Positions 11,371 through 23,649 of a stretch of 64,000 nucleotides of DNA are shown here, in pieces (the stretch's first letter is position 1; each line of letters opens with the position of its first letter). This stretch comes from Octopus sinensis. Its lineage: Eukaryota. The notes under the pieces were generated by a model, which did not search any database, was not told the origin of the DNA, and saw only the letters and a program-made list of their open reading frames with translations. The translations under genes were made by a program, and so were the position numbers. The stretch covers positions 31,433,360-31,497,359 of the forward strand of contig NC_043019.1 in the NCBI RefSeq assembly GCF_006345805.1, given 5' to 3'.

Positions 11371-11558
11371 ACTTATAAATAAGGGCAAACGAAAATATTT
11401 CTAATGCCAAATATGCCGAAAAATTGGATATATTGTCCATTACCATATAATTTTTCACAATACACATGCTGTGAAAAATTATATGGTAATGGACAATATG
11501 TCCAATTTTTTGGCATGTTTGGCATTAGAAATTTTTTCGTTTGCCCTTATCTATAAGT
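11371..11558. repeat. Long inverted repeat: 89-bp arms, 10-nt loop, directly after a (TA)n tract
   Basis: 11371-11459 is the reverse complement of 11470-11558 with 5 mismatches. Confidence 0.95.
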
Positions 11559-11659
11559 TGTTTATAATTTTAACCTTTAAAGGTATTTTTTAATATGCTG
11601 GCCATTGATAAAAAATTTTTTCTCGAAAAAAATGTTATCCTACATTAAATATATATATA

Positions 11660-12719
11660 TATATTTTTTTTTCTATTGCTTGTTTCAGTCATTTGACTGT
11701 GACCATGGTGGAGCACCATCTTTAGTCGAACGAATTGACCTCAGGACTTATTCTTTGTAAGTCTGGTACTTATTCTATCAGTCTCTTTTGCCGAACCGCT
11801 AAGTTATGGGGATGTAAACACACCAACATTGGTTGTCAAGCGATGGGGTGGGGGTGGGGAAACACAGAGACACACACACAAATATATACATACATACATA
11901 CATACACATATATATATATATATATACGATGGGCTTCTTTCAGTTTCTGTCAACCAAATCCACTCACAACCCTTTGGTTGGCCCGAGTCTATAGCAGAAG
12001 ACACTTGACCAAGGTGTCGCACAGTGGGACTGAACCTGGGACTGTGTGGTTGGGAAATAAGCTTCTTACGACACAGCAACTAGAAAACTGAAGACAAAGA
12101 CAGGTAATGGAACAAACAGGTGTATTGGTTTGACGTTTGGGAAGAATAGAAAAGTTTTTGATATTTTGAGCCTTTGCCTTTTGACATAAAGGAGTGAAAG
12201 GAACAAAAATTGAGAGAGACAGAGAGCGAAAAAAGACACAGAGTGAACAAAATGTGTAGAGATTAACAATTCGACATGATGAAATGACCAGAAGAAAGGG
12301 GCTGAATGAAAAGGATGCATATATATACTCTTTTACTCTTTACTCTTTTACTTGTTTCAGTCATTTGACTGTGGCCATGCTGGAGCACCACCTTTAGTCG
12401 AGCAAATCGACCCCAGGACTTATTCTTTGTAAGCCTAGTACTTATTCTATCGGTCTGTTTTGCTGAACTGCTAAGTTACGGGGATGTAAACACACCAACA
12501 TTGGTTGTCAAGCGATGTTGGGGGGACAAATAGAGACACACAAACATACACACACACACACACACTTTCAGTTTCCGTCTACTAAATCCACTCACAAGGC
12601 TTTGGTTACCCCAAGGCTATAGTAGAAGACACTTGCCCAAGGTGTCACGCAGTGGGACTGAACCCGGAACCATGCGGTTCGTAAGCAGGCTACTTATCAC
12701 ACAACCACTCCTACACCTA

Positions 12720-12720
<1 letters not shown>
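11660..12720 (-). mobile_element. Two family C SINEs (about 11660-12085 and 12325-12720) separated by a PLE-like terminal fragment
   Basis: Both match 55346-55761; the intervening 12085-12300 resembles 13820-13980. Confidence 0.8.
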
Positions 12721-12757
<37 letters not shown>

Positions 12758-12763
<6 letters not shown>

Positions 12764-12972
12764 GGTGCTGAAAAGTTCCTGTCTCTAAAGATATTGTGAA
12801 AGGCCTGGCTGGAGACCCAACATTCTGAGTTCTTTTGCGGGGCTTAGAAAAGCTGAAGGACCGTTGCATTGTGTGAATCTGGGAGGGGAATGTGTTGGTT
12901 AAAATCATAATTAACTGATCCTTCTGTATTTTTTATTTTACACAAAGCCAGGAACTTTTCAGCACCCCTTCA
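12758..12972 (+). mobile_element. Mini-mariner (internally deleted, ~215 bp)
   Basis: TIRs TGATGGGGTGCTGAAAAGTTCCTG and CAGGAACTTTTCAGCACCCCTTCA flanked by TA. The interior encodes GLEKLKDRC..CVNL.GEC, a mariner C-terminus. Confidence 0.85.
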
Positions 12973-13199
12973 TATATATGTGAATGGGTTCTTGAGCAAG
13001 ACATTTCATATCACATTGCCCTGCAATCACTTCGACATCTACTGCATAGTACACTGTGCACCTGGTCAGGCGACGTCACTTTGATAGAAAAAGCAAGCCA
13101 ATGCACAGCACAAATATTTGATCACTATAAACAAATCATTTCTGCAGGTCATTTGGCAAAAGCTGAACACACAAATGTTGTCCTCAAGAGGAGAGTGCA

Positions 13200-13268
<69 letters not shown>

Positions 13269-13819
13269 CCATGGATGGAATTTATGAATGTTTTAATGCA
13301 TTACTGTGTGCATTACATAAATAGACTTCAAAGACATATATATCTACTATAATAATACACTTGTGTTTTTCTCTGTCACAACATATGAATGAAAAAGGAA
13401 GGGGTGATGGCAAACTTGGTAGTGGGTGAAAAAAAATCAGACATTATTTCAACTCCACATGAGTATATGTGTGTGTATGTAAAAGTGAGTCATGTGAATG
13501 TGTGTGTGCAATGTAAGTGGGATAGTGAACATTCAATGCAGAAAAGAAAAATCAAACAGCGTTTCAGCTTTGTGTGAGTATATGTGTGTATGTGTGTGCA
13601 AGTAGAGGGAAAGTATGTAAATGTTGGTATCTGTGATCATTATGTATCTTATTTTGTACCTTATTTATATGTAAAATACTACAATTAGCCATCGTTTTTG
13701 AAAGCATGGGACCAGCTACTATAGATAGATAGATATACATATCTATAAATTCAAGGTGGTGCTCCAGCATGACCACAGTCCAGTGACTGAAACTAGTAAA
13801 GGGATATATATATAGTTGA

Positions 13820-13980
13820 AATTTACAGAAAAACAAAAGATGAAGACAGGTGTATAAACAACAAGCAGGTGTATTTGTTTGACACTTGGAAGGTGGGAAA
13901 GCCTTTTACGTTTCGAGCCTATGCTCTTCAACAGAAAGGAACATGAGGACATAAACAGAGAGAGAATAAAAATTACTATT
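13820..13980 (-). mobile_element. Penelope-like terminal repeat fragment carrying a hammerhead-like motif
   Basis: Homologous to 56350-56480 (opposite strand) and 12085-12300. The PLE assignment is inferred from the hammerhead-like motif and TA-repeat context; no RT or GIY-YIG sequence is visible. Confidence 0.5.
13902..13939 (-). ncRNA. Candidate minimal hammerhead-like ribozyme (variant core)
   Basis: Minus strand parses as CCTTT-CTGTTGA-A-GAG-CATAGG-CTC-GAAAC-GTA-AAAGG: stem I, CUG..GA core, stem II, GAAA, NUH triplet. Confidence 0.45.
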
Positions 13981-14492
13981 GGAGTTAGTGGTCAATCATA
14001 TATATATATATATGTGTGTGTGTGTATGTATGATGGAATCTCCTGTTGAAGATGATGTATGAGTGTTTAGTAAGAAGACAATAACATTCAACAAGGAATC
14101 TTGTAAGAACAACAGAAACAGAATAAAAGAGTGAAAAATCTGGTCTTACCAGAAAATAATACTGACACACAAATAGACAATTAATCATACACCGATTCAA
14201 TACAAAAATTGACACATAACACGAAACTTATTGATTATATACAATTAGGAATTTATTCAATTACTATTGGAATTACTATTATTTACGAATTGATTAAGAT
14301 TGTTCATCATTTTTTCACTCTATGGAGAAATAGCTTAATTTGCCATGTTTGCATGTGTAATACATAAGGATCCTCCTCCTCATCATTTAACGTTTCCATG
14401 CTAGCATGGGTTGGATGATTTTGACTGAGGACTGGCGAACCAGATGGCTGCACCAGGCTCCAATCTGATCTGGCAGAGTTTCTACAGCTGAT

Positions 14493-14574
<82 letters not shown>

Positions 14575-14611
14575 TGTATGTATGTATGTATGTATGTATG
14601 CATGCATGCAT

Positions 14612-14642
<31 letters not shown>

Positions 14643-15241
14643 CGTACGTACTTGCTTTATATGTGTGTGTGCAGGAGTGGCTGTGTGGTAAGAAGCTTGG
14701 GCAAGTATCTACTATAGCCTCTGAAAGAAGACCGTCATATTGATATATATATGTGTGTCTGTGTTTGTCCCTCCACCATCGCTTGACAATCAATGTTGGT
14801 GTGTTTACATCCCTGTAACTTTTGCAGTTATGGCAAAAGAGACCACTAGAATAAGAACTAGGCTTACAAAGAATATATCAACCTAAAGGTGGTGCTCCAG
14901 CATGGCCGCAGTCAAATGTACAAGAATATATGTATATATTTAGTGATGGTTTGTATGTATGTTTCCAGTTGGCTGTGTGATACAAATGTTCAGTGTCATT
15001 AAATTTTCAAACAGGGGAGATAAGCACCTCCACCCAGCAAAGGCAGCACTCAGAGACTAGTTTCAGAGTCATTACTCTCCAGACTGATGAAGAGCAATGA
15101 CACACACTCACACACGCACCTAAACACATGCGCACACACAGACACATGCATGTGCACACACATACACATGCACACATACACACAGAGAAATGCATGCACA
15201 CACACACATGCACACTCAAACATTTGCACACACACACACAT

Positions 15242-15292
<51 letters not shown>

Positions 15293-16398
15293 TGCATCCA
15301 TGCACACAGACATACATGTGCACACACACACACAAATGCGGCGCGCACACACACACACACACACACATATATATGACAGGACTCTCTCAGTTTCTGACTA
15401 CCAAATCCACTCAAAACTTTGGTCGGCCTGGGACTATAGCAGAAAGCACTTGACCAAGGTGCCATGCAGTGGAACTGAACATGAAACCACGAGGTTTGGC
15501 AACAAGCTTGTTACCAAACTGCCATGCCTGCACCTATTTACACACACACATGCACACACATACATGAAGATTTTAAAATGTGATTTTAATTCTGATTCAC
15601 AGGAAAGAATTGACACTGAAAACAAAAACCATTTATAAATGTTATAATGACAGGGGGCTTGCTGTGAGTTCACAGTGTGAAGTGAGGATAGAATATGAAC
15701 CGTTAATCATTTATTCAGAAGCTTGATACTTCTGACTACTATATGGATGAATCAAGTCAGCTGTGACAGTTTCTGTGTTATCACTGATTTGAATCTATTG
15801 AAATATTGTGTCGTGTTTTCCATACTCTCTAATTAGCTCTAACCCTACTGGAACAGATCCATTGAAAAGGTTTATCTCAGTCATTATTTGCAATTCAGTC
15901 AATGCAGAGCGAGGATCAGAACTCTTTGGTGTGGGTGGCGGCGTGGTGTATCTATAGGTATTTGTGATATAATTATTGAGTGGAAGTGTTGAAAGTTGAA
16001 CTGGGGAGCATTTTGCATCAATTAAATGCAGTCAGATGATTCTCTGTGTGAAATACAAACTTTGATTCACAAAGCACTGCTTCTCAGATATTTTTAAGGC
16101 ATGCGCAGTGAATACACACAAACTTAAAAGTTGTCATTTAACCTCAGATCAGCCTTGATCAAGCAGTCAGATCTATGATCAGGGAAGTTGCAGTGAGAAT
16201 TATCTAACTGCTTTTAAACTTGCTTCCCATCTACATGGTTTCAGGTTCAGTCCCACTGTGTGGCATCTTGGGTAACTGTCTTCTACTATAGCCTCGCCAT
16301 GACCAAAGCCTTGCGAGTGGATCTGGTACCCGGAAACTCAGTTTCCCTTTATATATTTATATGTGTATGTATATATATATATATATATATATTTATAT

Positions 16399-16457
<59 letters not shown>

Positions 16458-16550
16458 TACATATATATCTATATATATATATGTATGCATATACATACAT
16501 ACATACACACACATATATACATAAATATACACACACACACACACACACTC

Positions 16551-16581
<31 letters not shown>

Positions 16582-16778
16582 ATATATATAATATATATAT
16601 ATATACATACATACATACACACATATATATACATATATATATACATACATATATGTATATCATATATTGTTGTATTTCGGAATGGTCATTTTGCCAGTTT
16701 AGCCAATACATATATATATATGCTAAACTTACTTGGAAATGGATGCCTGGGGTTCAATCATATAATAATATAAATAAA

Positions 16779-16831
<53 letters not shown>

Positions 16832-17059
16832 TATATATATATATATATACATATATGTGCATACATACATATATATGTGTATATATATGTATATATGAGT
16901 ACAGGATATCACAAGATGTAAGCAACATGAAATACGAAGATAAACTTGGGTATGTGAATGAGAGAAACAAATGGAAAACAAGACAAGTAACATAAAGAAC
17001 AACCCTTCATCAGTTATCGGCTGTCCATCTGCTCCTCATTTCATGTAATTAACGTCATT

Positions 17060-17335
17060 AATTGCTCAGCAGAGCTGAGAAAAAACATCGCAGATGTGCA
17101 TGCAGCTGTGAGGGGAAGTTGTGGAATCCCATCAGTGAGTTATCAGAGGATGTGCAGATTAGTTACAGTTCACTTCTGTCCATTATCGCTGAAGATTTGG
17201 GTATGAGACCTGTGTCTACCAAGTTTCCTGCCAAAACTGCTTTCAGCTCACCAAGAATACACTCGGGTTTCAGTTGCACAAGATCTCCCTGATTGTATCG
17301 AGAATGATGAAAACTTTTTGAAAACTTTGCGTAGC
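17060..17335 (+). pseudogene. Degraded mariner transposase N-terminal/HTH fragment
   Basis: ISELSEDVQISYSSLLSIIAEDLGMRPVSTKF, then after a frameshift LLSAHQEYTRVSVAQDLPDCIENDENFLKT. This matches mariner IAEELGISxGS..LGMRRVSAKFVPKLL..ENDENFL. Confidence 0.8.
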
Positions 17336-17443
17336 CCTCTGAGCAGGTATCACTAAGCTTTTAGCAAAATTTTAATGCAGATTCTCTGCACCTCTTCCTC
17401 TGTCATATATATATATATATATATATGTATATACATACATACA

Positions 17444-18644
17444 CAGGAGTTGAACAGAATAATGGAAACACCTAGCATCATAGCATCATAATTCTGAAAT
17501 ATCTAGAAAGCCGTCAAAAGCTTGTTTATATTTGTTTTTTGATTTATTATTAGTGTTGCTTAATATGTTTTGCTAAAATTGCTGTTTCTTTTAAAATATC
17601 GTCAGAAGATGGTAATTAAAATTCATTAAAATGACAGATCTATCAGACTTTCAAGGAGATCAAATTGTTGGTGCTCGTATGGCAGGTGCTAGCGTAATGA
17701 AAACAGCCTAAATGTTTGGTGTATCAAGAAGTACTGTCTCAAAAGTAATGACAGCCTTTGAGAAAGAGGGAAAAACCTCCTCATTGAAACAAAACCCCAG
17801 AAGAAAACCAAAACTTTCAGATAGGGACCGTTAGACACTTACATGAATTATTAGAAAGGATCACAAAAGTACAGCTCCCAAAATTACTGCAAAGCTTAAT
17901 GACCACCTCAAGAACCCAGTTTCCACAAAAACTTCACTGGGAGCTGCTCAAAGCTGAATTTCACAGGAGGGCTGCAATCAGAAAACCACTACTTTCAAAC
18001 ACAAACATTGCAAAGCATTTAGAGTGGATTAAAAATCTACAGAATTGGTCCCTAGTGCAGTGGAAGAATGTTATTTACTTGGACGAGTCACCTTATTTCC
18101 GACCACCGGCCGAGTATATGTGTGGAGACAACCAAAAGAAGCATTTGACCCAGAATGCTTTCTTCCAACTGTTAAACATGGAGAATGATCTGGAGGGTGG
18201 GGGCTATATCTTGGCAGAATTAATAGTCAAGACTGTTTAAGCATTTTATCTTATCAAATTAATCCTATGGTTGCGGAACTGTTTCCAGAGGGAAATGCAA
18301 TCTTTCAAGATGATAATGCACCAATTCACACAGCTAAACTTGTAACTGAATGGCACGAAGAAAATTCTAGTGAAGTTGAACATCTTTTCTGGCCTCCATA
18401 GCCCCCAGAACTCAATGTTATTGAACATTTATGGTGCAGTTTAGAAAAACAAGTAGGGAGTCGATATCCTCCACCATCATCACTACAAGAACTGGAGACT
18501 GTCTTAGCTGAAGGATGAACAAAAATTCCTTTGGAAACAATTAAAACTTTGTAAGTCCATACCTTATAGAATTCAGTCCTACACCCTATTAAAATAAATT
18601 TGTTTGAAATTTTAAGGTGTTTCCATTATTTTGTCCAACCCCTG
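17444..18644 (+). mobile_element. Near full-length, inactive Tc1-superfamily transposon with DD36E spacing (Incomer-type)
   Basis: 29-bp TIRs (17444-17472 CAGGAGTTGAACAGAATAATGGAAACACC; 18616-18644 GGTGTTTCCATTATTTTGTCCAACCCCTG), with TA to the right. The transposase starts at ATG 17631 (MTDLSDFQGDQIVGARMAGASV..), continues through VIYLDES and FQDDNAPIH..WPP*PPELNVIE, and carries several stops and frameshifts. Confidence 0.9.
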
Positions 18645-18654
18645 TATATACATA

Positions 18655-19140
18655 TATATATATCATCATCATCGTTTAACATCTGTTTTCCACGCTAGCA
18701 TGGGTTGGATGGTACAACCGGGGTCTGGGAAGCAATGAGGCTGCACCAGGCTCCAGTGTGATCTGAAAGTGTTTCTACAGTCGGATGCCCTTCCTAATGC
18801 CAACCACTCCATGAGTGTAGTGAGTGCTTTTTACATGCCACTGGCACAGGGGCCAGAGGAGGCTGGTAACAGCCATGATCAGTTGGTGCTTTTTATGTGC
18901 CACCATCACAGAAGCCAATCAAGGTGGTGCTGGCATTGGCCACATTAGAATGGTGCTTTTTACATACCACCAGCATGGGTATCACAACTACAATTTCCAT
19001 TTGATTTTCATTTTGATGTTGATGTACTTGACTCAATAGGTCTCCTCAAGCAGAGCAGGTCGCCCTACCACCCAAGATACTTTTAAATGGGCTGGCGCTG
19101 GCTATGCGAAACTGGTGTAGGATACAGCTGTGAACTCACT
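18655..19140 (-). mobile_element. Family D repeat with (GAT)n tail
   Basis: CATCATCGTTTAAC..CTAGCATGGGTTGG..GGATGCCCTTCCTAATGCCAACC. Further copies at about 7780, 9065, 20190, 20480, 27010, 32200, 37190, 40200 and 46885. Confidence 0.85.
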
Positions 19141-19155
19141 ATATGTATGTATGTG

Positions 19156-19198
<43 letters not shown>

Positions 19199-19199
<1 letters not shown>

Positions 19200-19500
19200 G
19201 AGGCGCAATTGCCCAGTGGTTAGGGAAGCGGACTCATAGGTCGTAGGATCGCAGTTTTGATTCCCAGACAGGGCGTTGTGAGTGTTTATTGAGAGAAAAC
19301 ACTTAAAGCTTCATGTGGCTCCAGCAGGGGATGGTGGCGATCCCTCCTGTACTCTTTCGCCACAACTTTCTCTCACTCTTTCTTCTGTTGGCCTGCTCGC
19401 TTAGCCAGTGGGGTGGTGTCATTTGAAGTCTAAAACAATGCGAAGCACATTGTGACCAGCGATGTGTAGCAACATCTGATAGCCTAGTTGGTCACGGTGA
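19199..19500 (+). mobile_element. tRNA-derived SINE, family E
   Basis: GGAGGCGCAATTGCCCAGTGGTTAGG (A box) and GTTTTGATTCCC (B-box-like); CpG-retaining body unlike families A-D. Confidence 0.7.
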
Positions 19501-19512
19501 TCATGGTTATAT

Positions 19513-19570
<58 letters not shown>

Positions 19571-21128
19571 GATTTAATCTTGTCTGGCATTCATACTCTG
19601 TGTAAGTTTGATATAGTGATATATAAAAATCTATATTTAAATATTCATTGTCTGAAAATCTTCAGTCTTTACTTTCTTTCTGTTTTCATTTATACACATA
19701 CAGATGTGTTGTATATCAAACCCAAGCTGTTATATTTAATTTGTTTCTCCACTTAATAGCATCTCTCCATCTCACTTTCTCTATATATATATGTGTGTGT
19801 GTGTTTGTGTGTGTGTATGTGGGGTGGTGTATGTATGTATATATATGTGTGTGTGTGTACAACCAATAAAATGTCAAGAAGTATGAGAGATGAATATATT
19901 TATTTAACTGGTTGACATCCTTAGGCTTATGGACATTTCACAGCCTTCTTCATAATCTCAGTGAGGAATAATCTCAGTGAGGAATATATAATTATGTTTA
20001 GGTGTCTGCATTAATATGCATGCTATGCATTATACAATATATATGCATATCCACAAATCAATGCCAATAAAGAAAGCCACCTCATCAGATCACCAGAACA
20101 TCATGGTCACACCAACGACTCAGCTCTATTAGAGGATAGCCACACAATTCTCTGAATCCATGTCTTATGCTAAAAATATATCATCATCATTATCATCATC
20201 ACCATCATCATCATTTACCACTTGTTCTCCATGCTGGCATGGGTTAGATGGTTTTACTGGAGCTGGTATTTTGGCTCGGTTTCTATGGCTGGATACTCTT
20301 CCTAACACCAACCACTCTGCATAGTGTACTGGGTGCCCTTAACATGTCACCAGCACTGAGCACAACTATAATTTCACTAAGCTTCATGTGTTTTCTCAAG
20401 CACACACACACAGACACACACACACTTACACACACACACACACACACACAACACACACACATATTATATATGAAATCATCATCATCATCATTTAACGTCC
20501 ATTGTCCATGCTGTCATGGGTCGGACGGTTTGACCAGAGCTGACAAGCTGGGGAGCTGCACCAGGTTCCAGTCTGATTTGGCATTGTTTCTACTGCTTGA
20601 TGCCCTTCCTAGGGCCAACCACTTTACAGAGTGTTTTGGGTGCTTTCACATAGCACTGCACAGGTGTTTTTATGTGGTGCTGCACAGGCTCCTTTACATG
20701 ACACCTCATGGGTGCTTTTACGTGTTGCCACATGGACGCTTTTACATATTATATATGTATATACATATATAATATGTATGGCAGATTCATTTTTGTGCTG
20801 ATACCTGAAAAATTCATAACAACCCAGTATCGTGAAATAATGATAATGATACAATGTGTACTGGGTGCTTGTTCCATTGTACCACTTGCACTAATGTGGT
20901 CACTTTGTAGCTTGCAATTCTACAAACCTGCTCAGTTTCTATCTACCAAATCCATTCACAAGGCTTTGGTTGTCCCAGGGCTATAGTGAGAGACACTTAC
21001 CCAAGGGGGGCTGCACAGTTAAACTGAACTTAAAACCTTATAGTTAGGAACCAACAGAATTAAGACCCATACAGGCCCTAAGCACTTAAAAGATTTTGGT
21101 GCCCCCATATATGTGTAATTCAAAATAT

Positions 21129-21467
21129 TCTGAGACCCCCTTCGGTCATGACTGACTGTGGGATTGCGCCTAGAAAGTTACCTTCCCAGGCACAAGTCAG
21201 GGCAAGGTTGTTTATGGAAGCCCAGCAGTTGCTCATGCATACCGGCCTCCCCTCTTCACACCACCAGTGTTATCCAAGGGAAAGGCAACGGCCAATACAG
21301 TTTGGCACCTGTGACATCGCAACTCATATCTACAGCTGAGTGAACTGGAGCAACGTGAAATAAAGTGTCTTGCTCAAGAACACAACATGCAGCCTGGTCC
21401 AGGATTCGAACTCATAACCTTACAATTGTAAGCTCAACACTCTAACCACTGAGCCATTCGCCTTCAC
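21129..21467 (-). mobile_element. Family A SINE with a 12-bp target-site duplication
   Basis: AATTCAAAATAT occurs at 21117-21128 and 21468-21479; the paralogous empty site is at about 21961. Confidence 0.9.
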
Positions 21468-21894
21468 AATTCAAAATATAAAACAATAATAAATCATAAA
21501 ATAAATTTTTCAAAATGAAATAAAACTAACAGTAAATGGAAAATAATGTTTATTTTTGTATGCTTCCACTTTATTTATATTTGAAAAGTTTTCACCTACT
21601 TTTTTTTAATTGCAAAATCTTTGACTAGATCTTCACTATGACACTATGAATTCTCTTTTAATTTATATTTAGGAATATATAAAGTATTGCAAATTTTATT
21701 TTAGCAAGTTTAAAGTGATTTATTTTGTGCTGTAAACCATATACCATTTCTGTGATGTTCCCTTCTCTTGATGCCTAAGCCCTGTGCTTATTTTGCTTAA
21801 TGGTTAATCAATCACGGGGTGTTAGTCAGTTTTGTGAATTACCTGGACATCAATGAAGGATAAGAGGGAGCACAATGGTAACATGTAGTTGATG

Positions 21895-22296
21895 CAGGGC
21901 TGGATAAAGACCCATCGAGGCCCTAAGCAATTAAAAGATTTTGGTGCCCCAATATATATGTAATTCAAAATATAAACAATCATAAACCATAAAATAATTT
22001 TTTATTTCTCAAAATAAAACAAAACTTACTGTAAGATGGAAAATAGGGTTTATTTTTGTATATTCCCACTTTATTTACATTTCAAAAGTTTTCTACTATT
22101 TTTTTAAGCTGCAAAGTCTTTGACCAGATCCTCACTATGACATTATGAACACTTTGAAATTATGTTATTGATCATATAAAGCATTGCAAATATTATTTTA
22201 GCAAGTTGAATGTGATTTCTATTGTGCTGTAAACGTTTATCATTTCTGTGGTGTCATCCTTTTACCTTGTTGCTTGATCCCCTAAGCAAATGCTTA
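21895..22296 (+). mobile_element. hAT-like non-autonomous element end (CAGGGCTGGATAAAGACCC..), second of two tandem units
   Basis: Matches 21056-21810 once the SINE is removed, and 28473-28607. Confidence 0.6.
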
Positions 22297-23143
22297 CCAT
22301 AAAAACCCATGTAATTTACACATTTTTTTTTGCAAAAATAAAAATTAACTTTAGTGGGTGTGTAAATTACGTGTGTAGATTTTTTCCAGAATTTAAAACA
22401 AAATTTTTCTGTTGAAAAAATACATACAAAGCATAAACATTCATATCAGAAGTTGGCTCATTTAATGTCAGAATAGGTTTTTACAGAAAAAATAATGGCT
22501 TAAATACGCATAATGACGTTGGCTTTTATTTATGCTGGACGGTATAATGCTTACCTTTTCTGTATAAATTTATTAAAACCATTAAATGGTTAACTACTTT
22601 TTGAAGTCTGACATTCATGCTGGTAATCATGGTCCAGGCTATATTTTACATATTTTTATTTGGTTGAGTAAAGTGTCATCCAAGCTGATGTTTATTGGTA
22701 GTTAATTTTAATTTGCAGCACCTGTGCATATTTATCAGCTTTGTTTTTGTTGATAATTCTTATCAGTAACTTTTCCTGTGATTGTGATTTGAGAAGACAT
22801 ACAGAAGTATGCTAAAGATCAGAATAATCTTTTGTGGGCAAGAAATGTAAAATAAAGTTTATTATAAACAACACAAACACTTTGTAATTTAATAGCTGTC
22901 AATGTGATACCTGTTAAACAGAAATTATTTTTATTTTATGAAAATCTAATAAAATCTAACCATAAGTATGTGACATTATGCTAAATGCAACTAAATTGGA
23001 AACTTTTTCCCCTGGCCATATTGGCAATTCTGAAAACTTTTGGGTGCAAATTTTACATAGGTAGAAGTGTTTTTAAACAAATTTTATCAAAAAAATCACC
23101 TGCATAAATTACACAGGTGTGAAAATTACATGGGTTTCTTAGG
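22297..23143 (-). mobile_element. Pogo-like non-autonomous DNA transposon, complete, TA TSD
   Basis: TA|CCATAAAAACCCATGTAATTT ... AAATTACATGGGTTTCTTAGG|TA; reverse-complement homologue of 28938-30166. Confidence 0.85.
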
Positions 23144-23649
23144 TATTTTATTTAATGGTTAATCTAGCATTGAGAACCAAGTTTCTGAAACCATACAGCT
23201 ACACCTGACCTTAACTAAAAAAAATAAATATGTACTGAGCATGAAATAATGCCTCCATTAGTCAAAACAAAAAAAAATCCATTTATGGCACCAGCATTGA
23301 CTCTGAATGAGTCAAGAACATGAAATGGCTGTGATTGAAGTCAATTATCTGGAACATTCTAACATTTATTGTCAGTTGTTCAGCCATAAAAATAACTCTT
23401 GTCAAACAACTTAGATTATAACTAATAAATGTTTAGATTTTGTACTGTGATAAATGTTTCTCAATGAAATACATACTATCATGATCATCATCATCATTTA
23501 TTTATTTGTTTATTTATTTATTATTTTGGAAACAGAATTTTCCTTTTAGCTGTCATTATTAAAGTTCTCTCTCTTTTCTTTTCTTCGCTTTAACTTTGTA
23601 ATATCAGTTTTAATGAAGACTAGTCAACCTTGTTAAATATATTCACAGC

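Noticed and set aside
15902-15958. LVWVAAWCI resembles the gamma-adaptin motif LVQVAAWCI
   Set aside because: Flanking residues do not match (YR instead of GEYG) and the frame is closed by TGA shortly upstream; probably chance.
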